Position numbers and translations under genes: made by a program
Source: Fidelibacterota bacterium
GTDB lineage: Bacteria; Fidelibacterota; UBA8477; JABMPR01
DNA length: 23,442 bases
Assembly (NCBI GenBank): GCA_013202495.1
Contig: JABMQQ010000185.1
Coordinates: forward strand, 1-23,442
Direction of reading: 5' to 3'
The notes under the pieces: generated by a model
Database searches by the model: none
What the model saw: the letters and a program-made list of their open reading frames with translations, nothing else
Told to the model about the DNA's origin: nothing
Shown: positions 16,434 to 23,442 of the stretch, one piece after another
Position numbering within the stretch: the first letter of the stretch is position 1
Layout: every line of letters begins with the position of its first letter

Positions 16434-17006
16434 ATGACGAGAATGCAGTTTCTCACCAAAACGATGATGATGTCTTTGATGGTCTTTATCGCCGTTTCAA
16501 ATGTCAACGCCCAACATATGGGGGATAATCATCAAGATCAGGATCAAATGAGCGGGGATCAGACCACCCAGCATATGCATGAAAACATGCAGAATATGCA
16601 GCAAATGCAGCAGTCAAATATGATGACCATGGACGGTCAGAGCATGATGATGTCTATGGAAGAAATGATGGAGCATATGAGTCAATTGATGAACCATAGC
16701 GAAGCCATGCTTTCCAGCCTTGAAGACAGCGGCGATCACGGGTTAATGTCCATGTTCAGGGGTGATGATTCCGAGACTCATATGATGGAAATGACTGAAG
16801 ACATGACTGAGATGATGACAGGGATGAATGGATTAATGGAAAATATGCAGTCCATGATGGGCGATCAGGACATGATGAGCGAGGAAGGCATGCAGATGCA
16901 AATGGATAATATGCAATCGACTCTCAACGAAATGGTGGCATCAATGGATCAGATGATGGACAATATGCATAATATTCAAAAGCTTACTCCAAAAGTTAAG
17001 AAATAA
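16434..17006 (+). CDS. Secreted, extremely Met-rich acidic low-complexity protein, a putative periplasmic Cu(I)/Ag(I)-binding 'methionine sponge'
   Basis: AAGGAG RBS 7 nt upstream of the ATG at 16434. The Sec signal peptide is MTRMQFLTKTMMMSLMVFIAVSNVNA|QH. The mature part is packed with MxM, MxxM and HxxM motifs (MQNMQQMQQSNMMTMDGQSMMMSMEEMMEHM...MMEMTEDMTEMMTGMNGLMENMQSMM). The track's GTG start at 16248 would be leaderless relative to the sigma-54 TSS and adds 62 residues before the signal peptide, so it is unlikely. Confidence 0.7.
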   Translation: MTRMQFLTKTMMMSLMVFIAVSNVNAQHMGDNHQDQDQMSGDQTTQHMHENMQNMQQMQQSNMMTMDGQSMMMSMEEMMEHMSQLMNHSEAMLSSLEDSGDHGLMSMFRGDDSETHMMEMTEDMTEMMTGMNGLMENMQSMMGDQDMMSEEGMQMQMDNMQSTLNEMVASMDQMMDNMHNIQKLTPKVKK

Positions 17007-17025
17007 AGAACCTCTAGAACAAATC

Positions 17026-17832
17026 ATGCGCACCAAGAATCAAATTGTCAAAAAGCGTCTCCAAACGACGTGGCTGTTGCTAGCCTGGGTTGCAGGTTCT
17101 GCCCAGGCCGGCCAGTCATGGTCTCTTGCTACTTCAATGTCCTACAATCAAGGCACTTATGTGTATGAAAATACCATTGAAAATTATTACTTAAATTTAG
17201 GAGTAAGGTACAAACAGCCTCTGTGGTCAATCGCAGTAACTCTCCCAATCTTAGCTCAACAGGATAATCTTGAATTGGCTAGCTTTCCGGAGTCAGGCGT
17301 TGCGGATAGTAACGGCGTTCTGACTAACACCCACTGGGGTAACGTAAAAATGGGTGTAGGTGATTTATACATCTTTGGTCAACGCACAGTATGGCAGAAT
17401 TTTAAATCCAAAAGCTCGCTGTCTGCAACCTTTCAATTCAAAGTGCCCCTTGGATTTTCAAGTCAAACTTTTAGCTCACAGAAAAAGGATTACGGTGCAG
17501 GAATTCTATTTAAACAGTATCGGGGAGATTATTCATTTTTCACCGATTTGGGGTATCTGGTTTTAGGTAATCCTGAATGGGGAATCTACAAAAACCCAAT
17601 TAGCTATGGTGCCGGGATTGGCAGGACTTTCCTTCGTAAAACACTTTCCATGTCCATGTACTACCGTGCCTATACAGAAATAATAGACGGGATCTCTCCT
17701 CCTCAGCAGATTTCATTTGGCCTTTATGGCCGACTAAACCGCCAGTCTAACATATCAATAAATTGGACTCAGGGATTGAGTGAGAGCAGCCCGGATAGAG
17801 GCATATCTATGGGGCTAAGTAGGAAATTATAG
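17026..17832 (+). CDS. Putative outer-membrane beta-barrel protein
   Basis: Signal peptide ...LLLAWVAGSAQA. The mature part shows alternating hydrophobic/polar beta-strand periodicity with many Tyr, Gly and Trp residues. The family was not recognised. Confidence 0.55.
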   Translation: MRTKNQIVKKRLQTTWLLLAWVAGSAQAGQSWSLATSMSYNQGTYVYENTIENYYLNLGVRYKQPLWSIAVTLPILAQQDNLELASFPESGVADSNGVLTNTHWGNVKMGVGDLYIFGQRTVWQNFKSKSSLSATFQFKVPLGFSSQTFSSQKKDYGAGILFKQYRGDYSFFTDLGYLVLGNPEWGIYKNPISYGAGIGRTFLRKTLSMSMYYRAYTEIIDGISPPQQISFGLYGRLNRQSNISINWTQGLSESSPDRGISMGLSRKL

Positions 17833-17897
17833 AGTGCTGGACTTGATAGTAAGTTGAGACTCCAGAATAGATAAACACCAAGCAGAAAGGCTACAAC

Positions 17898-18290
17898 ATG
17901 AAATCAATGATCGCAATTATAACACTTAGCACAGGAGTCCTCCTTGGTTGCCAGGATAAGGCCACAGAGCAGGTTAAACAAAGTTCAAGTATGGAACGGA
18001 TTCAAAAATCCGATGTGAGTCATGAGGATCACGATCATGCTAGTATGGAGAAGGCTGTTAGCCCTGAATACTACACATGTCCCATGGAGAGCCACAAGCA
18101 TATTAACAGTCAAGAGGCTGGAAGTTGTCCCGAATGTGGTATGACGTTAGTACCAGTAGTCGAAACGACCGCTGAAGATGCTGAATTTTATGGGTGTCCA
18201 ATGCCTGAACATAGTCATGTCAGAGCAGAAGAAGCAGGGTCATGCCCAGAGTGTGGAATGAACTTAAAACCGATGAAACTTGGCAGCTAA
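17898..18290 (+). CDS. Lipoprotein with two tandem CxxC heavy-metal-binding domains (HMBD), a putative periplasmic Cu(I)/Ag(I) chaperone
   Basis: Lipobox VLLGCQD. The His-rich linker is SHEDHDHASMEK. HMBD1 is YYTCPMESHKHINSQEAGSCPECGMTLVPV and HMBD2 is FYGCPMPEHSHVRAEEAGSCPECGMNLKPM. Both share the motif found in the CusB-like adaptor and the CopA N-terminus. Confidence 0.75.
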   Translation: MKSMIAIITLSTGVLLGCQDKATEQVKQSSSMERIQKSDVSHEDHDHASMEKAVSPEYYTCPMESHKHINSQEAGSCPECGMTLVPVVETTAEDAEFYGCPMPEHSHVRAEEAGSCPECGMNLKPMKLGS

Positions 18291-18345
18291 ACCGAATTAT
18301 CAAAATGACATTATGCGCTGATAGAATAAATGTGAAGGTCCTGAA

Positions 18346-18762
18346 ATGAATAAAAGAACGCTTATGGTAGCAGCAATAATTCTGGGTGCATGCTTGCTAT
18401 TTTTTCAACCCATTTTTGCCAATGCGCTACCCGAAGATTGGGTAGCTCCCGCCAGTGCGGATTCTCTCCAAAGTCCGATAAAATCAAATTCTGATTCTTG
18501 GATGCCGGGGGAAGCCATATACAAAACAGCCTGTGGCGTATGTCATGGTGTAAGTGGGTTCGGTGACGGCATTGCCGCTGTAGCTCTAAATCCGAGACCT
18601 GCTGATTTAACATCCAAAGTGGTGCAAGATCAAAGTGATGGAGCCCTTTTTTGGAAGCTCACAACAGGTAAAACCCCCATGGCCAGTTATAAGGATGTGT
18701 ACACCGATCAGCAACGTTGGGAACTGGTTGAGTACATCCGCAACCTAGAGAAGAAGGATTAG
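18346..18762 (+). CDS. Monoheme class-I c-type cytochrome (periplasmic)
   Basis: Signal peptide followed by a single CGVCHG (CXXCH). A downstream ...DGALFWKLTTGKTPMASY... stretch supplies the Met sixth-ligand context typical of c552/c6-like cytochromes. It ends ...RWELVEYIRNL. Confidence 0.8.
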   Translation: MNKRTLMVAAIILGACLLFFQPIFANALPEDWVAPASADSLQSPIKSNSDSWMPGEAIYKTACGVCHGVSGFGDGIAAVALNPRPADLTSKVVQDQSDGALFWKLTTGKTPMASYKDVYTDQQRWELVEYIRNLEKKD

Positions 18763-18764
18763 AT

Positions 18765-19943
18765 ATGAAATATATTACAACACTATTGATTACGATTTGT
18801 GTATCTGTGTATGGTCAGGACTATTCAGATTTGCTCAAAAAAATTGAAAGCTCGAAACCTGGTGATAGCCAATTTCTGCTTCGGGGGTATGCTCACTCAG
18901 GATATGAAAAAAGGGGTGAAGAATCCAGTTTTGTGGGTGGAAGTTTTAATCCAATATTCCTATGGCGTCAATCTGATAAACTACTTTTTGAGGCGGAACT
19001 GGAATTAGAGCTCGAGCATGGAGAAACCGCTCTTGCTTTAGAATATGCAAACATGGCTTATGAGCTTCGGGACAACTTAACTGTCCGCGTTGGCATGTTT
19101 TTGCTTCCCTTTGGGACCTTCAGTGAACGTCTCCATCCTCGTTGGATAAATCGTCTACCTTCTAGCCCTCTAGGATTTGGCCATGATCCTATTGGTCCTA
19201 TGCGTGACATGGGAATCGAACTTAGAGGAAATACAAAACTCGGAAGCAGAAGCCTTAGCTATTCTCTTTATTCAACCAACGGACCCTCTTTAAATGACGG
19301 GGAAGATCACGATTTGAGTGAAGACGAGGCAGGGATGCTCAATTATCTAAACTTTGAGGACAATAATTCAAATAAAGCGATCGGTGGAAGGCTGGGAATA
19401 TTTCCACTTGCATCACCGGCTCTGGAGTTAGGCTTTTCGGGTCAGATCGCAGAAGTAGGTAATCACGAAACTGAATATGAAAACACTGCTGCCAATCTAT
19501 ATGCACTCGATATGTCATATGTTAATAATATCATTTTCCTAAAGGGTGTTGTAGATCTAAAGGGACAGTTGAATCAAATCAATGTTGATGATGAAAGTTA
19601 TTTCTCGGACGAGGATTCCTCCTCCTACTCATTTTTAAACCAAAGTCAAGCTTCCTATCTGCAGGCATCTTTTAGACCCGCATACGTGAGGAATTCATTT
19701 GTGAAGAATCTAGAAATAGTAGGAAGATACTCCCAAATTGAAACTCCTGAGGGAGCGCTTTGGGAATCAAATCAGTCACAATATGTAGTTGGTCTCAATT
19801 ATTGGTTGGATTGGCGAACTGTTCTCAAAATTGCCTACCAGGTAAATGAGAGCTCCGCAGCAGGTGGCCATGTTGAAGAAGACGAGCACGGGGATGAAGG
19901 TGGGGATAACGCAATACTCATTCACTGGGCATTTGGATTCTAA
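18765..19943 (+). CDS. Porin-like outer-membrane beta-barrel protein
   Basis: Signal peptide MKYITTLLITICVSVYGQ. The C-terminus is aromatic (ILIHWAFGF, ending in Phe), which is typical of outer-membrane proteins. An acidic His-containing loop (HVEEDEHGDEGGD) sits near the C-terminus. The gene starts 3 bp after the cytochrome stop. Confidence 0.65.
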   Translation: MKYITTLLITICVSVYGQDYSDLLKKIESSKPGDSQFLLRGYAHSGYEKRGEESSFVGGSFNPIFLWRQSDKLLFEAELELELEHGETALALEYANMAYELRDNLTVRVGMFLLPFGTFSERLHPRWINRLPSSPLGFGHDPIGPMRDMGIELRGNTKLGSRSLSYSLYSTNGPSLNDGEDHDLSEDEAGMLNYLNFEDNNSNKAIGGRLGIFPLASPALELGFSGQIAEVGNHETEYENTAANLYALDMSYVNNIIFLKGVVDLKGQLNQINVDDESYFSDEDSSSYSFLNQSQASYLQASFRPAYVRNSFVKNLEIVGRYSQIETPEGALWESNQSQYVVGLNYWLDWRTVLKIAYQVNESSAAGGHVEEDEHGDEGGDNAILIHWAFGF

Positions 19944-19972
19944 GTATACTTCACAATTAGAAGGAAATTAAC

Positions 19973-20245
19973 ATGATAAAATCAATAAAAACGACATTAG
20001 GTCTAGCCACAATAATAATATTGTCAACAATGTTCATAACCGCATGTAGTTCACAGAATCCTCCTCTTGAGAAATCTGGTGCACAACTATGGGGTGAAAA
20101 TTGTGTTCGCTGTCACAACGCACCATCTCCATCAGCTTTTAGTGATAACCAATGGGAAACCGTGGCCATGCATATGAAAATCAGGGCAAACCTGAATTCA
20201 TCCGAAACTGCAGAAATTGTTGAATTCCTGCAAATGGCAAATTGA
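19973..20245 (+). CDS. Small monoheme c-type cytochrome lipoprotein
   Basis: Lipobox FITACSS and a single CVRCHN (CXXCH) motif. At 90 aa it resembles small soluble cytochrome c family members. Confidence 0.65.
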   Translation: MIKSIKTTLGLATIIILSTMFITACSSQNPPLEKSGAQLWGENCVRCHNAPSPSAFSDNQWETVAMHMKIRANLNSSETAEIVEFLQMAN

Positions 20246-20269
20246 CAAGAATAGAAAGAGAGAAATATA

Positions 20270-20659
20270 GTGAGTGTTTACAGTATGACCTCTGTTTCAG
20301 AGCGTAGCTTTGACGAAACAGTTGATATGGTAACAGAGGAATTGAAAATAGCAGGATTTGGTGTGCTCACGGACATAGATGTCAAAAGCACGCTGAACGA
20401 AAAGTTGGGTGTAGATATACCACGATATCGGATTCTTGGAGCCTGCAATCCACAGTATGCTTATGTGGCTTTGAAAACTGAAGATCATGCTGGTCTCTTT
20501 CTGCCGTGCAATGTAGTTGTACACGAGCTGGGAAAGAATGAGGTTGAGGTTACGGTCCTCGATCCCGTTGCTGCAATGCAAGCGGTATCAAATCCAAGGC
20601 TAAAGGCTGTAGCTTGGCAAGTTCGAGAAAAGCTTGAAGCTGTAATAGAGCGTATCTGA
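20270..20659 (+). CDS. DUF302-domain protein
   Basis: Characteristic DUF302 layout: SFDETVDMVTEELKIAGFGVLTDIDV...RILGACNPQYAYVAL...LPCNVVVHE. Position 20270 is a GTG start. The alternative ATG is at 20285. Confidence 0.8.
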   Translation: MSVYSMTSVSERSFDETVDMVTEELKIAGFGVLTDIDVKSTLNEKLGVDIPRYRILGACNPQYAYVALKTEDHAGLFLPCNVVVHELGKNEVEVTVLDPVAAMQAVSNPRLKAVAWQVREKLEAVIERI

Positions 20660-20688
20660 GTTTCGATGTCGCTCGAAAGGGTGTCACT

Positions 20689-20892
20689 ATGGAAGTCGAG
20701 TGGATGTTTGGGTTGTTCTTTCTCTCAATGGCAGTTGGAATAGCTATTCGAGCTATGACTCAACCCTCAAAAAGGGAAGAGGGTAACCTGGATAGTGAAG
20801 CAATAGAAATTGCAGAGAAACGCTACGCAAAAGGTGAAATAAGTGCGCAGGAATTTGAGAGAATGAAATCAAATTTAAAGAGCACACAGTGA
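20689..20892 (+). CDS. Small membrane protein with a C-terminal SHOCT domain
   Basis: One N-terminal transmembrane helix (MFGLFFLSMAVGIAIRAM) followed by a SHOCT-like AEKRYAKGEISAQEFERMKSNL. Confidence 0.6.
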   Translation: MEVEWMFGLFFLSMAVGIAIRAMTQPSKREEGNLDSEAIEIAEKRYAKGEISAQEFERMKSNLKSTQ

Positions 20893-20940
20893 GATGATAC
20901 TTAACCAACATTATGAAAATAATAGAAGGCATATAAAAAA

Positions 20941-22011
20941 ATGAATCTTTTACCCGAATGGGCTCCGAATATCCACCCCATGCTCATTCACTTTCCAATT
21001 GTACTCCTCCTCCTGGCACCTCTGTTTGACGTAGGAGCATTAGTATTTAAGAAATCACCCTGGTTACTACCAGCGGCGAATTTCTTGTACTTTTTAGCAG
21101 GATTCAGCGTGGTACTTGTATTCATCTCTGGCAAGCTTGCGGCACAGAACATCGACATTCCAACCGATGCCTATGTAACCATTTCAAAGCACGCGAACTG
21201 GGCTCTTTACACACTCATTCTTGCGGGCATAAATGGAGCAATTCGAGTGTTCTTAATGATAAATATTAAGGGGGAATCCTTTTCTAGATGGTACATGCTA
21301 ATACCCGGACTGCTTGGAATTGTATTTCTCATCAATACTGCAGATCAAGGTGCAAAATTAGTATTCGCACATGGTGTAGGTGTATCCGCAAAAATGAACA
21401 GTAACCATCACAAAATGGAAGTTCAGATTGAGTCTGAGGCAGCAGTACACACGCATGAACACGCAGATCCAGATGTCGAGTCACTGCAGTGGTCGGCCGC
21501 AACCAGCACACTTGAGAGCTTTAGCCATAGATTTGAATGGTTAATTACGCAACCAGAAGAAATGGGAATATCCAAGGGCAACAATGAAAATGGAACAGCC
21601 TTTAACATTCATCTAGAAGATCAGGAAACTCTAATCCTTTTTCCTGAATTTGTTTCGAATCTTGAGCTTCAAACCCAACTCAACTTCGATAAGTTTGAAG
21701 GTATTGTTAGATTGGTGCACCACTTCTCAAGCCTCGATCAATATGATTTCTTAGAAGCAAGCTCGACAGAAGTACTACTTGGAAGAATCGTGGGGGGTAA
21801 AAAGAAGATCTTCGATTCTGCAAAGACCAACCTCTCAAAGGCAGTGACTTTAAAAGCCGTCGGCACTGAAGGGCATTTTAGAGGATATGCAGATAACGAA
21901 CTCCTGACCCATGGTCATGGACCAGATTTCCCTGCGGGCAAACTTGGCTTATATTTAAAGGGGAGCGGATTAATTAGTTTAAATGAATTGAGTGGGACTG
22001 AAATCGAATGA
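20941..22011 (+). CDS. DUF2231-like four-transmembrane membrane protein fused to a roughly 200-aa C-terminal soluble domain of unknown function
   Basis: N-terminal HPMLIHFPIVLLLLAPLFD is the hallmark HFPIAL-type motif of DUF2231. Four hydrophobic helices follow. The C-terminal region has a His cluster (HTHEHADPD) and no recognisable motif. Confidence 0.6.
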   Translation: MNLLPEWAPNIHPMLIHFPIVLLLLAPLFDVGALVFKKSPWLLPAANFLYFLAGFSVVLVFISGKLAAQNIDIPTDAYVTISKHANWALYTLILAGINGAIRVFLMINIKGESFSRWYMLIPGLLGIVFLINTADQGAKLVFAHGVGVSAKMNSNHHKMEVQIESEAAVHTHEHADPDVESLQWSAATSTLESFSHRFEWLITQPEEMGISKGNNENGTAFNIHLEDQETLILFPEFVSNLELQTQLNFDKFEGIVRLVHHFSSLDQYDFLEASSTEVLLGRIVGGKKKIFDSAKTNLSKAVTLKAVGTEGHFRGYADNELLTHGHGPDFPAGKLGLYLKGSGLISLNELSGTEIE

Positions 22012-22340
22012 AGATGCTCACGTTTCTTCATTTGATCAGATCGTGGACTCGGCCCGGGTTAGAATCGATCAATAAGCTTGGATTTCCGTTAGTTCTGGCT
22101 TCCCACTCAATGCTTTACGATAACCCATCTAGCAATCAAGATGGTATGAGAAATGATGTGAGCGGGATAAAGATCGATAAAGGGCCGCGCATGGACCAAT
22201 ATCGATTTGGAAAGGGGATGCCTATCAATCCAAAACCGATCCATATGCTGGGGTGTCAACATGCTCCAGCTCCCCGCTCATATTTCTTGTTAAATATGTT
22301 TAAAAGTGAATTAAAGGGAGAGAATAATAATGCCAATTGA
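22008..22340 (+). CDS. Hypothetical 110-aa protein (uncertain)
   Basis: It overlaps the upstream stop by 4 bp (ATGA) and the downstream CopA start by 11 bp. This translational-coupling geometry is the only support. There are no motifs and no transmembrane segment. Confidence 0.25.
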   Translation: MKMLTFLHLIRSWTRPGLESINKLGFPLVLASHSMLYDNPSSNQDGMRNDVSGIKIDKGPRMDQYRFGKGMPINPKPIHMLGCQHAPAPRSYFLLNMFKSELKGENNNAN

Positions 22341-23442
22341 TCCTGTGTGCGGTATGACTGTAAATGAACCGAGTTCTTACACATCTGATTATAGAGGAAC
22401 AAGATTTCATTTTTGCAGTGCTCATTGCGTAGAACGATTTGAGCAGAAACCAGAGAAATACCCTGAGAGTCATGATGCTCAAATAAATGATGAGGCCCTC
22501 TATACTTGCCCAATGCACCCTGAGATCAAAGAGTCAGGTCCAGGTGCTTGCCCGAAGTGTGGCATGTCCCTTGAACCACTTATGCCAGCTGTCAAGGCAG
22601 ATGCCCCTGAATACACCTGCCCAATGCACCCCGAAATCATTCAGAATCAGCCCGGATCGTGCCCCAAGTGTGGAATGGCACTCGAGCCAATGATCGCCAC
22701 AGAAGATGAGGAAGATCAGGAATTGACTGATATGAGCAGAAGGTTTTGGGTGAGCTTAATCCTGTCTTTGCCCCTTGTCTTTATAACTATGGGCGAACTG
22801 TTTTTTCAGTCGTCCCTGTTTCATTGGAGTTGGCGACCCTATCTTGAATTAACTTTGGCTACACCAGTTGTTCTCTGGGCAGGTGCAACATTCTTTCAAC
22901 GTGGCTGGGCTTCAGTCGTTAATCGAAGTTTAAATATGTTCACTCTGATCGCTCTTGGGACTGGTGTAGCATATGTTTATAGTGTGGTTGCAGTAATATT
23001 TCCACAAATATTTCCCGCTGCATTTAAATCGCCTGAAGGTGTAGTTGCTGTTTATTTCGAAGCCGCAGCGGTCATTACAATGCTGGTCCTTTTAGGGCAG
23101 GTTCTCGAACTGAGGGCTAGGCATCAGACAGGGAGCGCAATTAGAGCTTTACTGGGCCTGGCTCCGAAAATAGCAATGATCATTCAGGAAGATGGAACCG
23201 CTAAGGAAATCCCTTTAAGTCATGTAAAAGTAAACGATCTCCTGCGTGTTAGACCAGGGGATAAAATTCCTGTAGATGGAATTCTCATTGAGGGATCCAG
23301 TACGGTCGATGAGTCAATGATCACCGGAGAGCCAATGGCAGTCAAAAATGGAGAGGGCGATTCTGTTACGGCAGCAACTATTAATCAAACTGGTGCATTT
23401 TCCATGAGAGCGGAAAGAGTACGTGCAGACACTCTATTGTCC
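22330..23442 (+). CDS. copA: Copper-translocating P1B-type ATPase (CopA-like), partial because the C-terminus lies beyond the window. The N-terminus carries a TRASH/YHS-like domain plus two HMBD modules.
   Basis: AAGGGAG RBS 8 nt upstream of the ATG at 22330. Translation runs to the window edge with no stop (371 aa). The TRASH/YHS-like region is DPVCGMTV...[17 protein letters not shown]1 is [27 protein letters not shown] and HMBD2 is [27 protein letters not shown]. Transmembrane helices and the actuator-domain motif [16 protein letters not shown] (TGE) follow. This gene is absent from the ORF track because there is no in-window stop. Confidence 0.95.
   Translation, partial: MPIDPVCGMTVNEPSSYTSDYRGTRFHFCSAHCVERFEQKPEKYPESHDAQINDEALYTCPMHPEIKESGPGACPKCGMSLEPLMPAVKADAPEYTCPMHPEIIQNQPGSCPKCGMALEPMIATEDEEDQELTDMSRRFWVSLILSLPLVFITMGELFFQSSLFHWSWRPYLELTLATPVVLWAGATFFQRGWASVVNRSLNMFTLIALGTGVAYVYSVVAVIFPQIFPAAFKSPEGVVAVYFEAAAVITMLVLLGQVLELRARHQTGSAIRALLGLAPKIAMIIQEDGTAKEIPLSHVKVNDLLRVRPGDKIPVDGILIEGSSTVDESMITGEPMAVKNGEGDSVTAATINQTGAFSMRAERVRADTLLS

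Noticed and set aside
16560-16960. Repetitive ATG/CAG-rich DNA that looks like a tandem repeat
   Set aside because: It is coding low complexity from the Met/Gln-rich protein. The repeats are imperfect and in-frame. It is not a CRISPR array or a satellite.
21012-21027. TGGCACCTCTGTTTGA inside the DUF2231 gene
   Set aside because: The -12 TTGC-like element is shifted by one base and is intragenic. No motif copy lies upstream.

Overview
This window appears to be a large copper/silver (Cu(I)/Ag(I)) homeostasis island. Its regulation seems to run through sigma-54 promoters and a shared upstream palindromic motif. GC content is about 40%, most genes have Shine-Dalgarno sites, and many encoded proteins are lipoproteins or outer-membrane proteins.

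Layout from 5-prime to 3-prime:
- A minus-strand SPFH/prohibitin-family lipoprotein (453-1253).
- A secreted Big_2-domain lipoprotein (2479-3864).
- A sensor histidine kinase with a periplasmic loop and a PAS domain (4256-6145).
- A second histidine kinase with a membrane-embedded sensor (6349-7515), translationally overlapped by an NtrC-family sigma-54-dependent response regulator (7508-8860).
- A CusCBA-type heavy-metal RND efflux operon: a small membrane protein, a TolC-like outer-membrane factor, a CusB-like adaptor with an N-terminal CxxC 'heavy-metal-binding domain' (HMBD), a CusA-like pump and a PII-like protein (9062-15941). It ends in a strong intrinsic terminator.
- A second operon (16434 to the window end). 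It encodes an extremely Met-rich secreted protein, a beta-barrel outer-membrane protein, a lipoprotein with two tandem HMBD modules, two c-type cytochromes, a porin-like outer-membrane protein, DUF302, SHOCT and DUF2231 proteins. It also carries a CopA-type P1B ATPase with an N-terminal TRASH/YHS-like domain and two HMBDs, truncated at the window end.

The most interesting non-coding signal is a recurring near-palindromic motif, roughly AGAATAkTCTACA(n)AATATC. Six or seven copies lie 70-170 bp upstream of sigma-54-type -24/-12 elements (TGGCAyG-N4-TTGnA). These elements sit in front of the efflux operon, the Met-rich/HMBD operon, the first histidine kinase and possibly the Big_2 lipoprotein. 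I infer that this is a metal-responsive enhancer regulon driven by the locally encoded NtrC-like regulator.

I saw no transposase, integrase, CRISPR array, rRNA or tRNA. All family assignments come from motifs read by eye. No database search was possible.
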